DNA of 63,980 bases, filler included, from Chrysochromulina tobinii (GCA_001275005.1; 5 parts of 5 records of this genome joined end to end with filler, not necessarily neighbours in it), one strand, 5' to 3'; positions 10,448 through 22,632 are shown, counted from the first letter of the whole stretch. The notes: generated by a model from the sequence alone, not told the origin. A program made the numbers and translations.

Positions 10448-12402
10448 ATGAGCGAGGCAGGGAGCCGCTTCGAGCAGGCTGAACAGCTTCAGGCTACGCT
10501 CAGCAGCTCATCACCATCGTCGCCATGGGGCGACCCTATCGCAGATGTGGTCAGCGAAGTATCGATGGTTGCGTTGATATTTGAGCCCCTCGGCATGCAG
10601 CTCTCTCTCCTCGCAGGTGCCACTTGCCGCGTATGGCATGAAGCGGCTCGGCAGCTCGTGGAGAGCTGGGCGGTCCTGCGCCCGTCTCACTCCCTTGGCT
10701 GGGGCAACGAGGTGCTGAGCCAGTTCAAATCACCATCCGGTATCACACTCTTGCCGAATGGCGACTTGTGTGTCGCGGACACCAACAATCACCGGCTGCA
10801 AGTTTTGTGTCGAACGGGTGAGGTCAAAGCCGTCTTGGGGATGGGACCTGGTGGTGCGATGGGAGAGTTTCAGCAGCCGACGGGCGTCGTCTGCGACGGC
10901 AACGCCCTGTACGTTGCCGATTCAGGCAACTGCCGGTTGCACAAGCTCTCGCTTCCGAGCGGCGACGTGCTCTCGATGGTCGGCACCTTTGGCGACGCGC
11001 CGGGCCAGCTTCATGCGCCGGTCGGGCTTGCAGTCTATGAGGGACACCTCTACTGTGCAGACTCGCGCAACCACCGCATCAGCGTCTTCTCTACGACCCC
11101 GGCTCTGCGCTACATCACCTCGTTCGGCGGGCACGGCGTGGGCCGGGGCGAGCTCGGTTCGACCTCCTCCGGCATCTATCTCGCCGCGTATGAGGGAGAG
11201 CTCTTCGTCGCGGACCGCTCCAACTACCGGCTGCAGGTCCTCGGGCTTGATGGCTCCTTTCATCGCTCGATCGGGCGCAAGGGCACCGCCCCTGGCTGCT
11301 TTCGGCGGCTACGCGGTGTCGCCGTCGCCAACGGCCGCATCTTCACAGCCGAATGCGAGCGCGTGCAGGTACTTACGATCGAGGGGAAGCCGCTGCAGGT
11401 GGTACCCCTCGTCGGCTCGTCCGCCTTGGTTGGGATAGCTGCGGACTCCTCGCGCGTGTGCGTCGGCACGCCAGAGACTTGAACGCCAGCCGCCCCTGCC
11501 TCGCATGCAAGTGCTCACCACGGCGCCACGATTGAACGCCAGCCGCCCCTGCCTCGTATGCAAGTGCTCACCACGGCGCCACTGTCTCCCCCTTGGCAGG
11601 TGCGTCGTCGATCAGACGCATGCAAAGGTGCGGGTGCTCACTCTCCGCAAGGACAAGGGGCGCGCCGCCTTTGGCACGGGTGCGTCTCACCTACTTCCCT
11701 TGCATGCAAGCGCTCACCACGGCGCTGTTTCCATTCCCCACAGGTGCGTCTCACCTACTTCCCTTCTTGCTCGCTACAGCGTTGTGCGACTGTGAGCACC
11801 GATCCATCCAAGAGCATGCTCAACGGCTGATCCCAGCGCATTGCTCGGCCGCGCGCGCGGCCGCGGTGGTGCGCGCATGGGTGCGCTCTCACATCCGGTA
11901 CGAGCTACGCGAGCCCTCGGACAGCGCCCAGGACAGCGCCTCGGACAGCGCCCAGGACAGCGCCTCGTCCATCCTCGCGAGGCGGGCGGGCACGTGCACC
12001 AATCGGACGACGTTACAGATCGCCCTCTTACGCGCGGCAGGCATCCCGGCAGGGTACGTCCTCGTGCACGTGACGGAGGCGGCGTTCAAAGACCCTCCTC
12101 TGCTCCCCCAGGACCACGAGGGCGCCTCGCCCATCGCAGTGCACGTCTTCTGCGCCGCGTACATCACCTTCGAGGAGGACACGGGCGTCGACATCGGCTG
12201 GTGCGACTCAGGCAGCTTCCGCCACTACGACGCGACGGAGCCGTTGGGCGCCTCGCATCTGACGGAGCATGTCAGCCACTCGGATGAGACACGCGTGCAG
12301 CGTCGCTGGCAGCGCGGCCCCTTTGCGCCTGTGCAAGCCAATTTGGACCATCTGATCACCCCGTGCACCCAGATGTGGCAGAAGCGAGCCCCTTTCACCT
12401 GA
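10448..12402 (+). CDS. NHL-repeat beta-propeller fused to a transglutaminase-like domain; exons 10448-11457, 11600-11679, 11744-12402
   Basis: NHL repeats FKSPSGI..VADTNNHRLQV, FQQPTGV..VADSGNCRL, LHAPVGL..ADSRNHRISVF; two GT-AG introns restore the frame (RVCVVDQTH; FGTGASHLLPF); TGase-like GTCTNRTTLQIALLRAAGIPA. Confidence 0.75.
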
Positions 12403-12940
12403 TCGCCCGGAAAGCCCGGCGAGGCCCCACAGGCCCCGCCGTCGGAGGGACTCGTTTTCATTGTCGCACGGCAATAAGTGTCTGAAAGTCATGTCGTACT
12501 CGTAGTAAGAGACGGCAAACTCGAATCTTGGACCGGGTGCGGCGCGTCCCGCGCAGCAGCACCGCAAAATAGGTGTCCACAGTCACTGAGATTTCGAGCG
12601 CCGCTGCTTCTGACAGGTTTGGAGCTTTGGCGCGATCGAATTGCTTCGCATTGTTGCTTCGGTTTGATGATGTTACAATGATGATGAGCTTGTGTACCGA
12701 AAGATGTGTTCCTTACTAACAGAAGTTATTCGTGACCGGTCAGCATACACACAAGTGCAACTACAGGTAGAGACTCTTCACCACACGCTGCTCGCGTTCA
12801 CCACCCCAAAACACGTGCCATCCAGTCTCCATGAAGAATCCGAGAGGGCACCGCACAAAGTAACAATTCGTGATTGAGCTGATGACGGCCCGCTCGTCGC
12901 GGTGCTCGGTCGCGCGTCGACAGTCGGCCTATTCTTCAAC

Positions 12941-13422
12941 ATGGTCGACGCGGCGGCCGAGTCCGACGACGAGGTTGTGGACGCCTCCAATCTCGAGGGT
13001 CTAGCTGGCGCGCGTGTGCGCGTCGAGCGCAGCGGTAGCCATTGCCTCGGCACCGTGCGCTCAGTGTCTCCCGGAGGCAGCCGCATGCTCGTGTGCTGCG
13101 ATGCGGATGCCACTGAGGTGTGGGTGGGTGCCGAGGACGCGTGGGACCTGGACGTAAGCACTCCCGCGGCCGAACAGCCGGCCGCGAGTGCTGCGACCGC
13201 CGACGCCGTCGCGTCGCAGGCAGCCGCCCTCGAGAGGGCGCCCATCCTTGAGAACTGGAAGTGGACTGCAGATGGTGCGCTGTGCGGTCACGTGTACGGA
13301 AAGCCCGGCTTTCGCGAGGGCGAGCTGATGACGACCAGCACTGTGCCGCCCGAAGGCCGCTTTGAGACGCACGTGGTGAGCGCGCTGCCCCAGACTGCTC
13401 TGGCCGCCACCGCCGCCGCCGC

Positions 13423-13473
<51 letters not shown>

Positions 13474-16400
13474 TGCTGTTGCTGCTGCTGCTGCTGCTGC
13501 GGCTGCGGCTGCGGCTGCCGCTGCCCGTGCCGCTGCCGCTGCCTGCCTGCTCGTGTGGCCACCTGCTCGTGTGGCTGCGCATGCGCGCGCCGCTCACGCG
13601 TGCGTCTCGCATGGCCCAGGTGACCGAATCGGGCAATGTGTACCGGCTCGGGATGGCCGCCGAGGCAGCTCCGGTCGGCGCAGGCGCGATCTCCGAGGCG
13701 GGAAGTGGCGGCGGTGGGACGGCGGGCGGTGGCATGAGGCGTTCGTCGCGCGCCACCGGCAAGGAGTCGGTGCTTGACGCCTTCGCCGACAGTCGGCACC
13801 CTGTGGGTGAACCCCAGCAGCAGCTGAGCTATCAGGTCGGCGGCGCCGACGTTGGCGGGGCTGGCGCCGATCGCATCATGCGAGGTGCCTTCGAGACCCT
13901 TGATGATAACATGGTCGGCCTCCGCACGCAGTACGCCGCCGCGCGCCGGGTGGTGCTCTACCGCGACGAGACTCCGGTGGCTGCGGCCGTGGTCGAGGTG
14001 CATCCGGAGCAAGGTGTCCTCGAGGTGCCCCTGCTCGCTGCCGAGCGACACTGCCGACAACAAGGGCACGGGACGGTGCTCGTGGCGATTCTCATCGAGC
14101 TGGGCTGTCGGCTGCGTCTCGCGATGCTCATCGCGTCCGCTACGCATGAGTCGACACGATTCTGGCTGCGCCAGGGACTGCACACCTTTTCGCACTGCTC
14201 GCCGCCTGTACGCGCCGAGCTTCGGAAGATTGACCAGTCCGCACGCCGGGGCTTTGCGAACTCAGTCTCGATGGCGATGGAGCTACCGGCTCCGCGCGGC
14301 GAGGTGCTGCCGCGCGTGCTGCGCCGGCTCGCGCGCCGCGCGATCAACTCGAGCCGTGTGCTCTCGTCCGCCGATGCGCCCGCCGCCATAGGGTACTTGG
14401 ACGTGAATGCCACCGGCAACTTCTTCTTGCTGCCAGATGGTCGCAAGCAGCCAGTCGTGTACGGCGCCTCCGAGCGGCTCGCGGTCAATGTACCGTACAG
14501 CCGGCTCGAGGCCTTCCCCTCAGGTACGCATGGATGGGGCGTGCGCTGCGGCGTGCCCATCTCGCAGGGGCAGGTCGTCGTCGAGGTGCGCGGCCGCTGC
14601 CTCTCCGAGGCGGAGTATGAAGAGCTCAACGACCCGTCGTACGTCGTCTCCTTTGACGATAAGCTGCTTCAGCTCAAGCGAGCTGCCGATGACGATGTGC
14701 GCTACATCGACCTGAAGGTGTACGGCAACATGATGCGCCTGATCAACGACTGCCACGAGGCGCCCAACCTGCAGCTCATGTACTGGCCCGAGCTCGACGT
14801 GACGAAGCGCATCCTGCCGCGCCGCGCCTTTCTCGTCGCCAAGCACGACATTCCATCCAACGTCGAGCTCACATGGGATTATGGTCGCCATTATGAGCGC
14901 CCTTGGCTCACCGCACGCCACGGCACTGGATGGCCGAATGCGACATGGCCGACTGCATCCGGCGTCGAGGCGAGCGACGACGAGGGGGACGAGGGGGGCG
15001 GCGCCGGCCAAGGCGCCGGCGGCCATGGCACTGCCGCGAGCAGCGGCGGCGGCGGCACGCATGACGGCGGTGACGGCGGCGGGCGCACTGCCATAGGCCG
15101 CAAGTCAGGGGTAGCGGCCGCGGTGGAGTCGACGCGCTCGCACGTGCTCAGCGAAGCGTGCGAGCAGCTCGTCGCAGCTGAGGAACTCTTGCCTTGGGAA
15201 GCGCTCGACGGTACTTGGGGGGGTTCCCGCTACGATTGGCTACGGCGCGTGCAAGGGGCTTCCGAAGCATCCGAGATGGTCGAGCCCCTTGAGGCATTCG
15301 AGACGGCGCTACAGCCGTGGGCGGTCGAGGACGGTTGGGAGGCTCGCTCGCCCGAGTGGCGGGAACGCCTCCATCAGCTCGGGGAGAGGCTCGAGAGCCC
15401 GGAAGCCGAAGCCGAGCTGAGTGGATTGCTCCGACGACTACTGACGGCCCTGACGCCCGTGCTGAGCGGTGAGCGCCGGCCGCCTGCAGGCGGCGGGGCC
15501 GGCGGCAGCAGGAGGAGGAGCGGCGGCAGCAGGAGCAGCAGCAGCATCGGCAGCGGCGGCAGTGGCAGCACCGTCTCGACGCAGAGGCTACCCCCCGAGA
15601 GGCTACCACCTGGCTTTCGTCCGCGCTCCGGCCTGAGCGCCGCCCCCGTGCCCACGCCGAGCGGCGAGAATGGCGTCTCGCCCACCGACGCCGCGAACGC
15701 CCTGGTTCGGATGGGTACGGAGGTCGAGGTCGAGGTGCTCCCCTCCTCGTCCGTGTCGCTGCTCGAGGTGTCGACGGTGAGAGAGGTCGCGGGTGAGACA
15801 GACGGGACGACACACGTGGCGGTCGCCTCTTCGGACGATGAGGCCGACTACGCCGATGACGCCGATGACGCTCGGCGCGCAGCCTTCGACTCGCTGCCCA
15901 CGCGTGCTGAAGGCTGTGCGCTGCACATGAGTCGTCAATCGCCCACCGGATACCGTGGCGTCATCCGCAAAGGCGCACTCTTTGCGTTGCGCCGCTCGCC
16001 ACGATACCTGATCTCGGAGAGCATCACCTACCCGAGTGCGGTCGAGGCCGCGGTCGCGTACGCGCGCGTCGTCGAGGCTGCGAACGCGGCGGTCGCGGCG
16101 GCGGCGGCGGAGCGGCAGGCGGCAGCGCTCGAGGCGGCGCGTCGTGCGGCCGAGTCGGACGTGTGGCTCGCACCCTCGGGGGAGGAGCAACGTGTCCATA
16201 TCGATGAGATGAGCGCCTTTTGCAAGCACCACGAGCTCTCCCGATCGTCGATGCTCCTCGTGCGCAAGGGCTCGCAGTCGCATCACAAGGGGTGGCGCCT
16301 GCGCAAGCGCGGCACGCTGCCCGAGCCGGAGATGCCCACCATGGCGCGCGATGGTGCTCGGGAGGGCGCTCGGCCATCCAAAGGGGCGGCGGCGGTCGCC

Positions 16401-17987
16401 GCGTTCTTGGAGGGCGCTCGGGACGGCGCTCGGCCGTCCAAAGGGGCGTCCAAGACGCGGAGTGGCGCGGCCGGCGGGCGGGCGGGGCAGCGGCAGCAGG
16501 CGGTCGAGGAGGAGGAGGAGGTAAATGAGGGCTCTGCGCATCCGCCCGACGAGTGGGAGTGGCTCCTGGAGGGCGAGAGGATCGAGGTCGAGGTGGCGGT
16601 GAGCGAGGACGCGCCGGCTGCGTGGGTCACGGCCCAGGTGCTCACCGTCCTCGTCGACGGCTCCTTCCAGGCGCGCATCGTGCTGCCCGACGGCTCCGAC
16701 GAGTGGAACGACTGGTTTTCGTGGCAGGAGGAGGGCACCGATTGGCGACGGCACAGGGAGGCAGACGACGAGGTGGGCGATCGGCTGGTGTCGGAGTCGG
16801 ACGACGAGCAGCACGAGGCGCAGCCCATAGACGCGGAGGAAGCGGACGACGCCGCTGCTCGCGCCGCCGTCGTGTACGAGGACGATGAGGAGGAGGGGGG
16901 GCAGCCGACCGCCGCCGACGATGAGGATCATGAGGTAGATGAGGTCTCTCATCAGGGAGGCCTCACCAGGGACGGCGAGGGTGCAGCAGCCGGGCCGACC
17001 GTGCCCTACCTGGGCTCGTACACGGGGCGTTCGCGTAAGGCGGTCGTGCGGCTAGCGCCGACCGAAGACCCGCGCACGCGCCCACTCTGGTATCGCAAGA
17101 AGCTCGAGGAGGAGAAAGAGAAGCGGCAGACGGGGGAGGAGAAGCGGCAGACGGTGGGGGAGAAGCGGCAGACGGGGGAGGAGAAGCGGCAGACGGTGGA
17201 GGAGTTACCCGCACGCGCACGCACGCGCGCGAGGACTAAGGAGAATGAGCAGGTGGAGGAGGAGGAGGCGGAGGCGGAGGCAGCAGACGAGAAGGCGTCC
17301 GAGGACGAGGGTCGTCGCCAGCACTCGCAGCGGAAGCACGGTCGGAGCGGCGGGCGCCGGCGACGCGAGCGACGCTCCCACAGCGAGGGCGCCACAGCCG
17401 AGGCGGCCGAGGCGGCCGAGGCGGCCGAGGCGGCGGAGGCGGCGGAGGCGGCGGAGGCGGCGGAGGCGGCCGAGGCGGCGGAGGCGGCCGAGGCGGCGGA
17501 GGCGGCCGAGGCGGCCGAGTCGGCGGGGGCCGCCGAGGGCGATAATAAGGAAGGTGACCACGCGGATGCTGTGAAGGGCGTCGAGGGCGATGCGTCTGTG
17601 CCATCGTCCGAACTGCCCCCTCGGCGCTCCAAGCGAGCTCCAAGCGAGCTCCAAGCGAGCTCCAAGCGAGCTCCAAGCGAGGTTGCACCTCAGCGCGCGA
17701 GCTCCAAGCGAGCTCCAAGCGAGCTCCAAGCGAGCTCCAAGCGAGGTCGCACCTCGCGCCGCATTCGTCGAGCGCAGCGTTCGGACGAGGAAGACAAGGG
17801 CGAGGCACATGAGGAGCCAGGGGCGATGGAGGACGAAGGCGAGGACGACGAAGGCGAGCCTGCTGCTGCCTCGCGCCGCCGCCAATACCAGCTGCGTGGG
17901 CGCAACCGGCGGAACGTCGTCTACGCCGAGGACGACGAAGAGGAGGAGGACGACGCCGAGGATCTCCTTCCCGCGCACGGCCGAGGC

Positions 17988-18018
<31 letters not shown>

Positions 18019-21000
18019 GCGGCGGCGAGGTGGACGAGGATGCGGCGTACTTTGCCCGGCTGCCCGCCTCGACAGAGCCTCTCGGCGAAGGGCCGCCGTT
18101 AGCCTCCGATGTGTCTCCCGAGGTGCTGATGCAACTCGCACGAGCAGAGGGGTATGACGAATCTCTACTGGAAGATTGGAATCTGCTTGACGAAACTCTA
18201 CTAGACGTGACCTCGCTGGTCAAGACCGGTAGTTCGCCCCAACGCTATCGAATCAAGAAGAAGGCGTCAGCACAGCCGTCGGTCGCGGCGACGGCGGCGA
18301 CGGCGGGGGCACAGAAGCAGCAGCCGGCGCAGCAGCAGCATTCGCATGCGCAGGCCGCACCAACGCCACTTCCTCCCCCACCGCCGCCGTCCTCCTTCGC
18401 TGCCACCGGCGCCGCCACGGGCGCCGCGCCCAACACAGCGCCCAAGCCCGAGCGCGGGAAGGCGCTGTGTGGTTACTTGATCGAGGTCCATTGGCCTCTG
18501 GACGCCGCATGGTACCGGTGCCGCGTGGTGCGCTACTTGCCACGCACGCGGCAGCACGAGGTAGTCTACGTGGACGATGAGATGCGTGAGACGCTCCGAA
18601 TGAGCGACGAGGAATGGCGACACGTTGACGACGAGGAAGCAGCGGGTGGCGGGCCGGGAGCGGGCGGCGGGCCGGGGCGAGGGGTCAGCTCGAGGGCCGA
18701 CGATGGCAGCGGCGGCGCGAGAGGCGTCGACACGAGCGCTGATGCCAAGGAAGAGCAGCTCGGCAAGGTCACCCGTGGCGGTGCCGCCGAGTCACGGGAG
18801 GTCACCCGTGGCGGTGCTGCCGAGTCACGGGCGTCCAGAGAGGCGTGCTTGCACCCACGCAGGCGCCCGCGCAGCCGCAGCCGCAGCGAGAGCCGGCGCC
18901 GGCGCTCGCGCAGCCAGAGCAGCAGCGGGAGAAGCAGCTACTCATACTCGTCTTACTCCACCGCCTCAAGTGGCAGCCGAAGCCCGTCCCCGCTGCGCAG
19001 CGCGGGCCGCCAGCGCGGGCGCGAACGGCGGGGCGCCGACCGACGGCGAGCACGTGGGCGGGAGGCGCCGCTGCCGCCCCGCCGACGGCTCACCGAGTCA
19101 CCCCCGCCGCGCGATCGGTGGGATGAGCGCCGTGATGAGCGCCGCGATGGGCGGCGCGACGGGCGCACCGGTGAGCGCCGTGATGGGCACGTCGACGAGC
19201 GCCGTGATGGGCGCATCATTGAGCGCCGTGATGGGCGCACAGACGAGCGCCGTGATGGGCGGCGCCCCTCGGGTTGGGTGCGCGCGGACGCTCCACCCGC
19301 ACCGCCCATCACGGCGCTCTCCTCGGGCTTGCGCCCTCCCGAGGCATCGATGGTGCGCGAGGTGACGGTGGGCGGGGGCATCAAGTACACGCCTTTGGTC
19401 GATTTGGATGATTGGGCACAGCCCTCCGTCGGCGCAGCGAGTGCGCCGCCGCCGCCGCCGCAGCAGCAGGCACTGCAGCCGCCGTATGTTTGGATGGGCG
19501 GCAGTGGCGGCGCTGCTCAACACGGCGCTGAGGATCGGAGCGGTGCCATACGTATCAAGCAGGAGCAGCTTTATCTCACGCAGCAGCAGGTGAAACTCTC
19601 CCGTCTCCATGCTTTTCTCGGCGGAGGCCCGCCCGCTGGCGGCCCCTCCACCCATATCGAGTCCACCCATCTCGGCTCGCACGAGGCGGCAGGCGGGGCG
19701 GGCGCAGGAGGCAAGTTCCGTCCGTGGCGACGCGCGGTGGCGACGGAGGGGGTGGCGGCATTTCGTCAGGGGGAGATGGAGGGGGAGATGGCATTTCGTC
19801 AGGGGGAGATGGCATTTCGTCAGGGGGAGATGGTCCCTCTGCAACGTATGGCCACGCACTCGATGGCGATGCCCGCTGCGCCTCCGCCGCCGCCGCTCAC
19901 GCCGGCGCCGCTCCTGCCACAGACAAGCATGCTCGCTGCGCCGCCGCCGCGCCGCGCCGCGCCGCCGCCGCCTGTGCCGCTCCAACCGCAGCCCGCCAAT
20001 GCCTTGTACGCGCAGCAAGGCGCGCTGCCGCCACCCGTGCCGCCGCCGCCCGTGGCGCCGCCGCCCGTGGCGCCGCCGCCCGTGCCGGCCCGCTTCCGCA
20101 CAGAGGTGCTGACGATGCTTCGTCAGCGTCAGGCGCCCTTAGAGGTGACACGACTGCTCCCCGAGCACTGCCTCTTCTTCCGCCGCCCTCGCCCTCTCGA
20201 GCCCCACGAGCTCGGCTGCGAAGGATTTACCGGTCCCCGCGGAGTGCTCGCGATGGTACGCACCATGGCCGATTGTCTCGCCTTCCTACCAGACCCGAGA
20301 GGCGGCGAGCTTTGTAGTCTTGTGCTTCGTGAGAATGGCGGCAGCTCGCTTGCGCCGCCGCCGCCGCCGCTGCCAGCACCGGCGCCGCCTCCGAAAGCGC
20401 TCGCGCCGCCGCCGTCGCTTAAGGTTTCATCGCGGGTGCCACCGCCACCGCCCCATGCGGCCTCTAGGCAGGTTCCCTTGCCGCCGCGGCCTTCTGATCA
20501 GAGCGCCGACAAGGGCGACGACAAGGGCGGTGACCATCGCACGTGGCTGCAGCCGAACAAGCATCCGACCTCAGCTCTGGTCGAATTCCTCCAATCCATG
20601 CACGGGAACGCCGGCCTGTCCGCCGCGAGTGAGTGGTCGCCTACGTATGAGATGCATCCGGTGCCGCCCGTGGCGGGCGGCGAGGGTCACATCCGATGCG
20701 TGGCGCGGGCGGGCGGCCAGGTGGCGACTGCGGAGGCGGCGGATAAGAAGATGGCCAAGTTTGGCGCCTCGCAGGTGCGTGAGCTCTGATGACCTCTGAT
20801 GACCTCTGATGACCTCTGATTGCCTCTGATTGCCTCTCTCATCAGAAGATGTCCAAATTGGGCGCCTCGCAGGCACTCCTGAGCTTACTATGCCCCGAGT
20901 ATGGCGCCATGCTCCGGGGAGACAGAGTCCCAGCCGCGGCCGCCTCCGGCACCACGCCCATTTCCGATGGTCGGGCCCATGGAAATGGGAAGGGCTGTGG

Positions 21001-21406
21001 GAATGGGCAGGGCGGTGGGAATGGGAAGGGCGGTGCCGCCGGCAGTGCCGCGAGCCAAGCTCCCTCTGCGCACGGCGTCGTTCCGAGCACTTCGGAGCTT
21101 GGAGCGCTGCAGCAGCTTCTCGTCGCTGTCGGCGGTGGGCAGGCAAGGCCCGCCGCCAACGCCGCCGTCGCCGTCGCCCCCGCCCCCCCCACGCGCGCGC
21201 TCTCAGCAGAGGCAAGGGAGCGGGCAGCCGGGGCCGTCGTGAAGCTCGAAGCGTCAGCCGCGAGCGGGCCCTCGCAACCCTCGCCCAGCGCGCCGTCGCC
21301 GTTTGGAAAGGACGTGGCAAATGGCATGCAACCGTTTGGCATGTCGCAACCATCGCCCAGCGCGCCGTCGCCGGCGGCTGCGGCGCCTAGCTGGGTGGCC
21401 GGGAGT
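12941..21406 (+). CDS. Giant multidomain chromatin protein (GNAT, SET, AP2-like, Tudor-like, dsRBD-like), 3'-truncated; exons 12941-13375, 13620-20774, 20873->21406
   Basis: GNAT EVPLLAAERHCRQQGHG...FWLRQG; SET HGWGVRC...GNMMRLIND...ELTWDYG; Tudor IEVHWPLDAAWYRCRVVRY; dsRBD HPTSALVEF...KKMAKFGASQALL; GT-AG introns keep the frame. Confidence 0.8.
13406..13545. repeat. (GCC/GCT)n trinucleotide tract inside intron 13376-13619
   Basis: Direct reading; it produces the spurious poly-A, poly-Q, poly-S and poly-L ORFs. Confidence 0.9.
17119..17745 (+). repeat. Coding tandem repeats: 21-bp (EKRQT) x4, 9-bp (EAA)n, 11-bp CTCCAAGCGAG in two blocks
   Basis: Visible periodicity at 17119-17200, 17399-17520 and 17627-17745. 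Confidence 0.9.
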
Positions 21407-21506
21407 NNNNNNNNNNNNNNNNNNNNNNNNNNNNNNNNNNNNNNNNNNNNTTAATTAATTAANNNNNNNNNNNNNNNNNNNNNNNNNNNNNNNNNNNNNN
21501 NNNNNN
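21407..21506. other. Artificial contig linker
   Basis: N44-TTAATTAATTAA-N44; stops in all six frames. Confidence 0.98.
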
Positions 21507-21585
21507 TACATGCACGATACATGTTAGATACATGGGATACGTATCCTGATAACAAACCCCCCCAAATTCGATAACAAACCCCCCG
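21507..21585. repeat. Short repeat cluster at contig end (GATACATG-like and GATAACAAACCCCCC x2)
   Basis: Direct reading; possibly a transposon subterminal region. Confidence 0.6.
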
Positions 21586-22632
21586 TCACCCGGGGGTGGT
21601 CTCACTCTCCCCCTGTGGGGAAGGGTGGTGACGTTCTTGGTTGTTTGCTTTGTTTTGCTTTGTTTTGAGAGTTGCGAGCCTGATTATAGTCAAGGCGACT
21701 CTCTGTAGAGGGGGTATTGATGGACTATCAAGTCAAATCAGAGGTGGCAAGGTGTCAATCAGAATTCCTCAAAATTCATCAAGGAAAAGACTTCGCGAAG
21801 TTTTGTCGATTCACGAAGACGTCGTCGGCTCGAGAACAGGCCACCTGGGCTGAGCTCGGGCGTGCGCTGGCTGAGGCTGCTGAGGTGACAAGCGGAGTGG
21901 CGAGTGTCATAGGGAATCTGCTGGTTTTCGGGCAGGCGCTTCGCGCATAATCAGCGACTGCACGGCAAGTCAAGGCGTGGCCGTGCAGGGCTCCGGATTC
22001 GTTTGTTGTTCGTGATTTGTCATGCGCGCGCAGCGTGGGGAGGCCTCCATGCTGCGTCTTCAAGAGGGTGCTCGAGAGAATCTTTGAAGGAGATGCTCGT
22101 CTGTCTGGTCATTCGTGATGGTGACCGCCATTCTGCGGTAGTCGGGTTGTAGAAGGGGTGGACTCGCGGCGATCTGAGAAAGGTCTCTAGGACCATAAAA
22201 AACCCAAAAAGGGTTTCAGGGTTGAGGGCTAACGCCTCCGAGCGCGGGCCGTCCTCGCCGCCTCTACGAATGAGCGCATCCACGGTTGTCACAGTAGAAC
22301 CCAGGACCCGAACCATCGGAACCATGACTTGCAAAAGTTGTCAATTGAATGTTGAGCTATCGGTAACCGGGTCGTCGCGCTAGGGAAGTAGGAATACCTC
22401 TACTGAACTCTGAAAACGAAGCTACCTATAGGGGTATACTCCAGATATGACGAATCGCATGCATATGCGTGGGGCGTTGGAAACCGGGAATCGAAGCGTC
22501 AGTCATATAATCCCAATTTATACCCGTCCGCACTGCGCAGAGCCGCACCCGCAGACGGCAGACCGCACACATTGCCGTAACAACCTTGAGGCACCCGATG
22601 TGACGCGCGCGCGGCCACGCCGCCTGGCGTGT

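Noticed and set aside
12936..14195. Poly-Q, poly-S and poly-L ORFs and the 13470 start of the 2439-aa ORF
   Set aside because: Artefacts of an intronic GCT microsatellite; the spliced model from ATG 12941 is more coherent
15603..20018. Many long antisense and alternate-frame ORFs here and throughout the window
   Set aside because: Expected shadows of high-GC coding sequence; no independent motifs
21407..21506. TTAATTAATTAA palindrome within N runs (also at 41669, 53007, 61610)
   Set aside because: Identical 100-nt artificial linkers; gene adjacency across them has no biological meaning
21600..22450. Short ORFs in an AT-richer stretch, possibly a decayed element
   Set aside because: No recognisable transposase or RT motif
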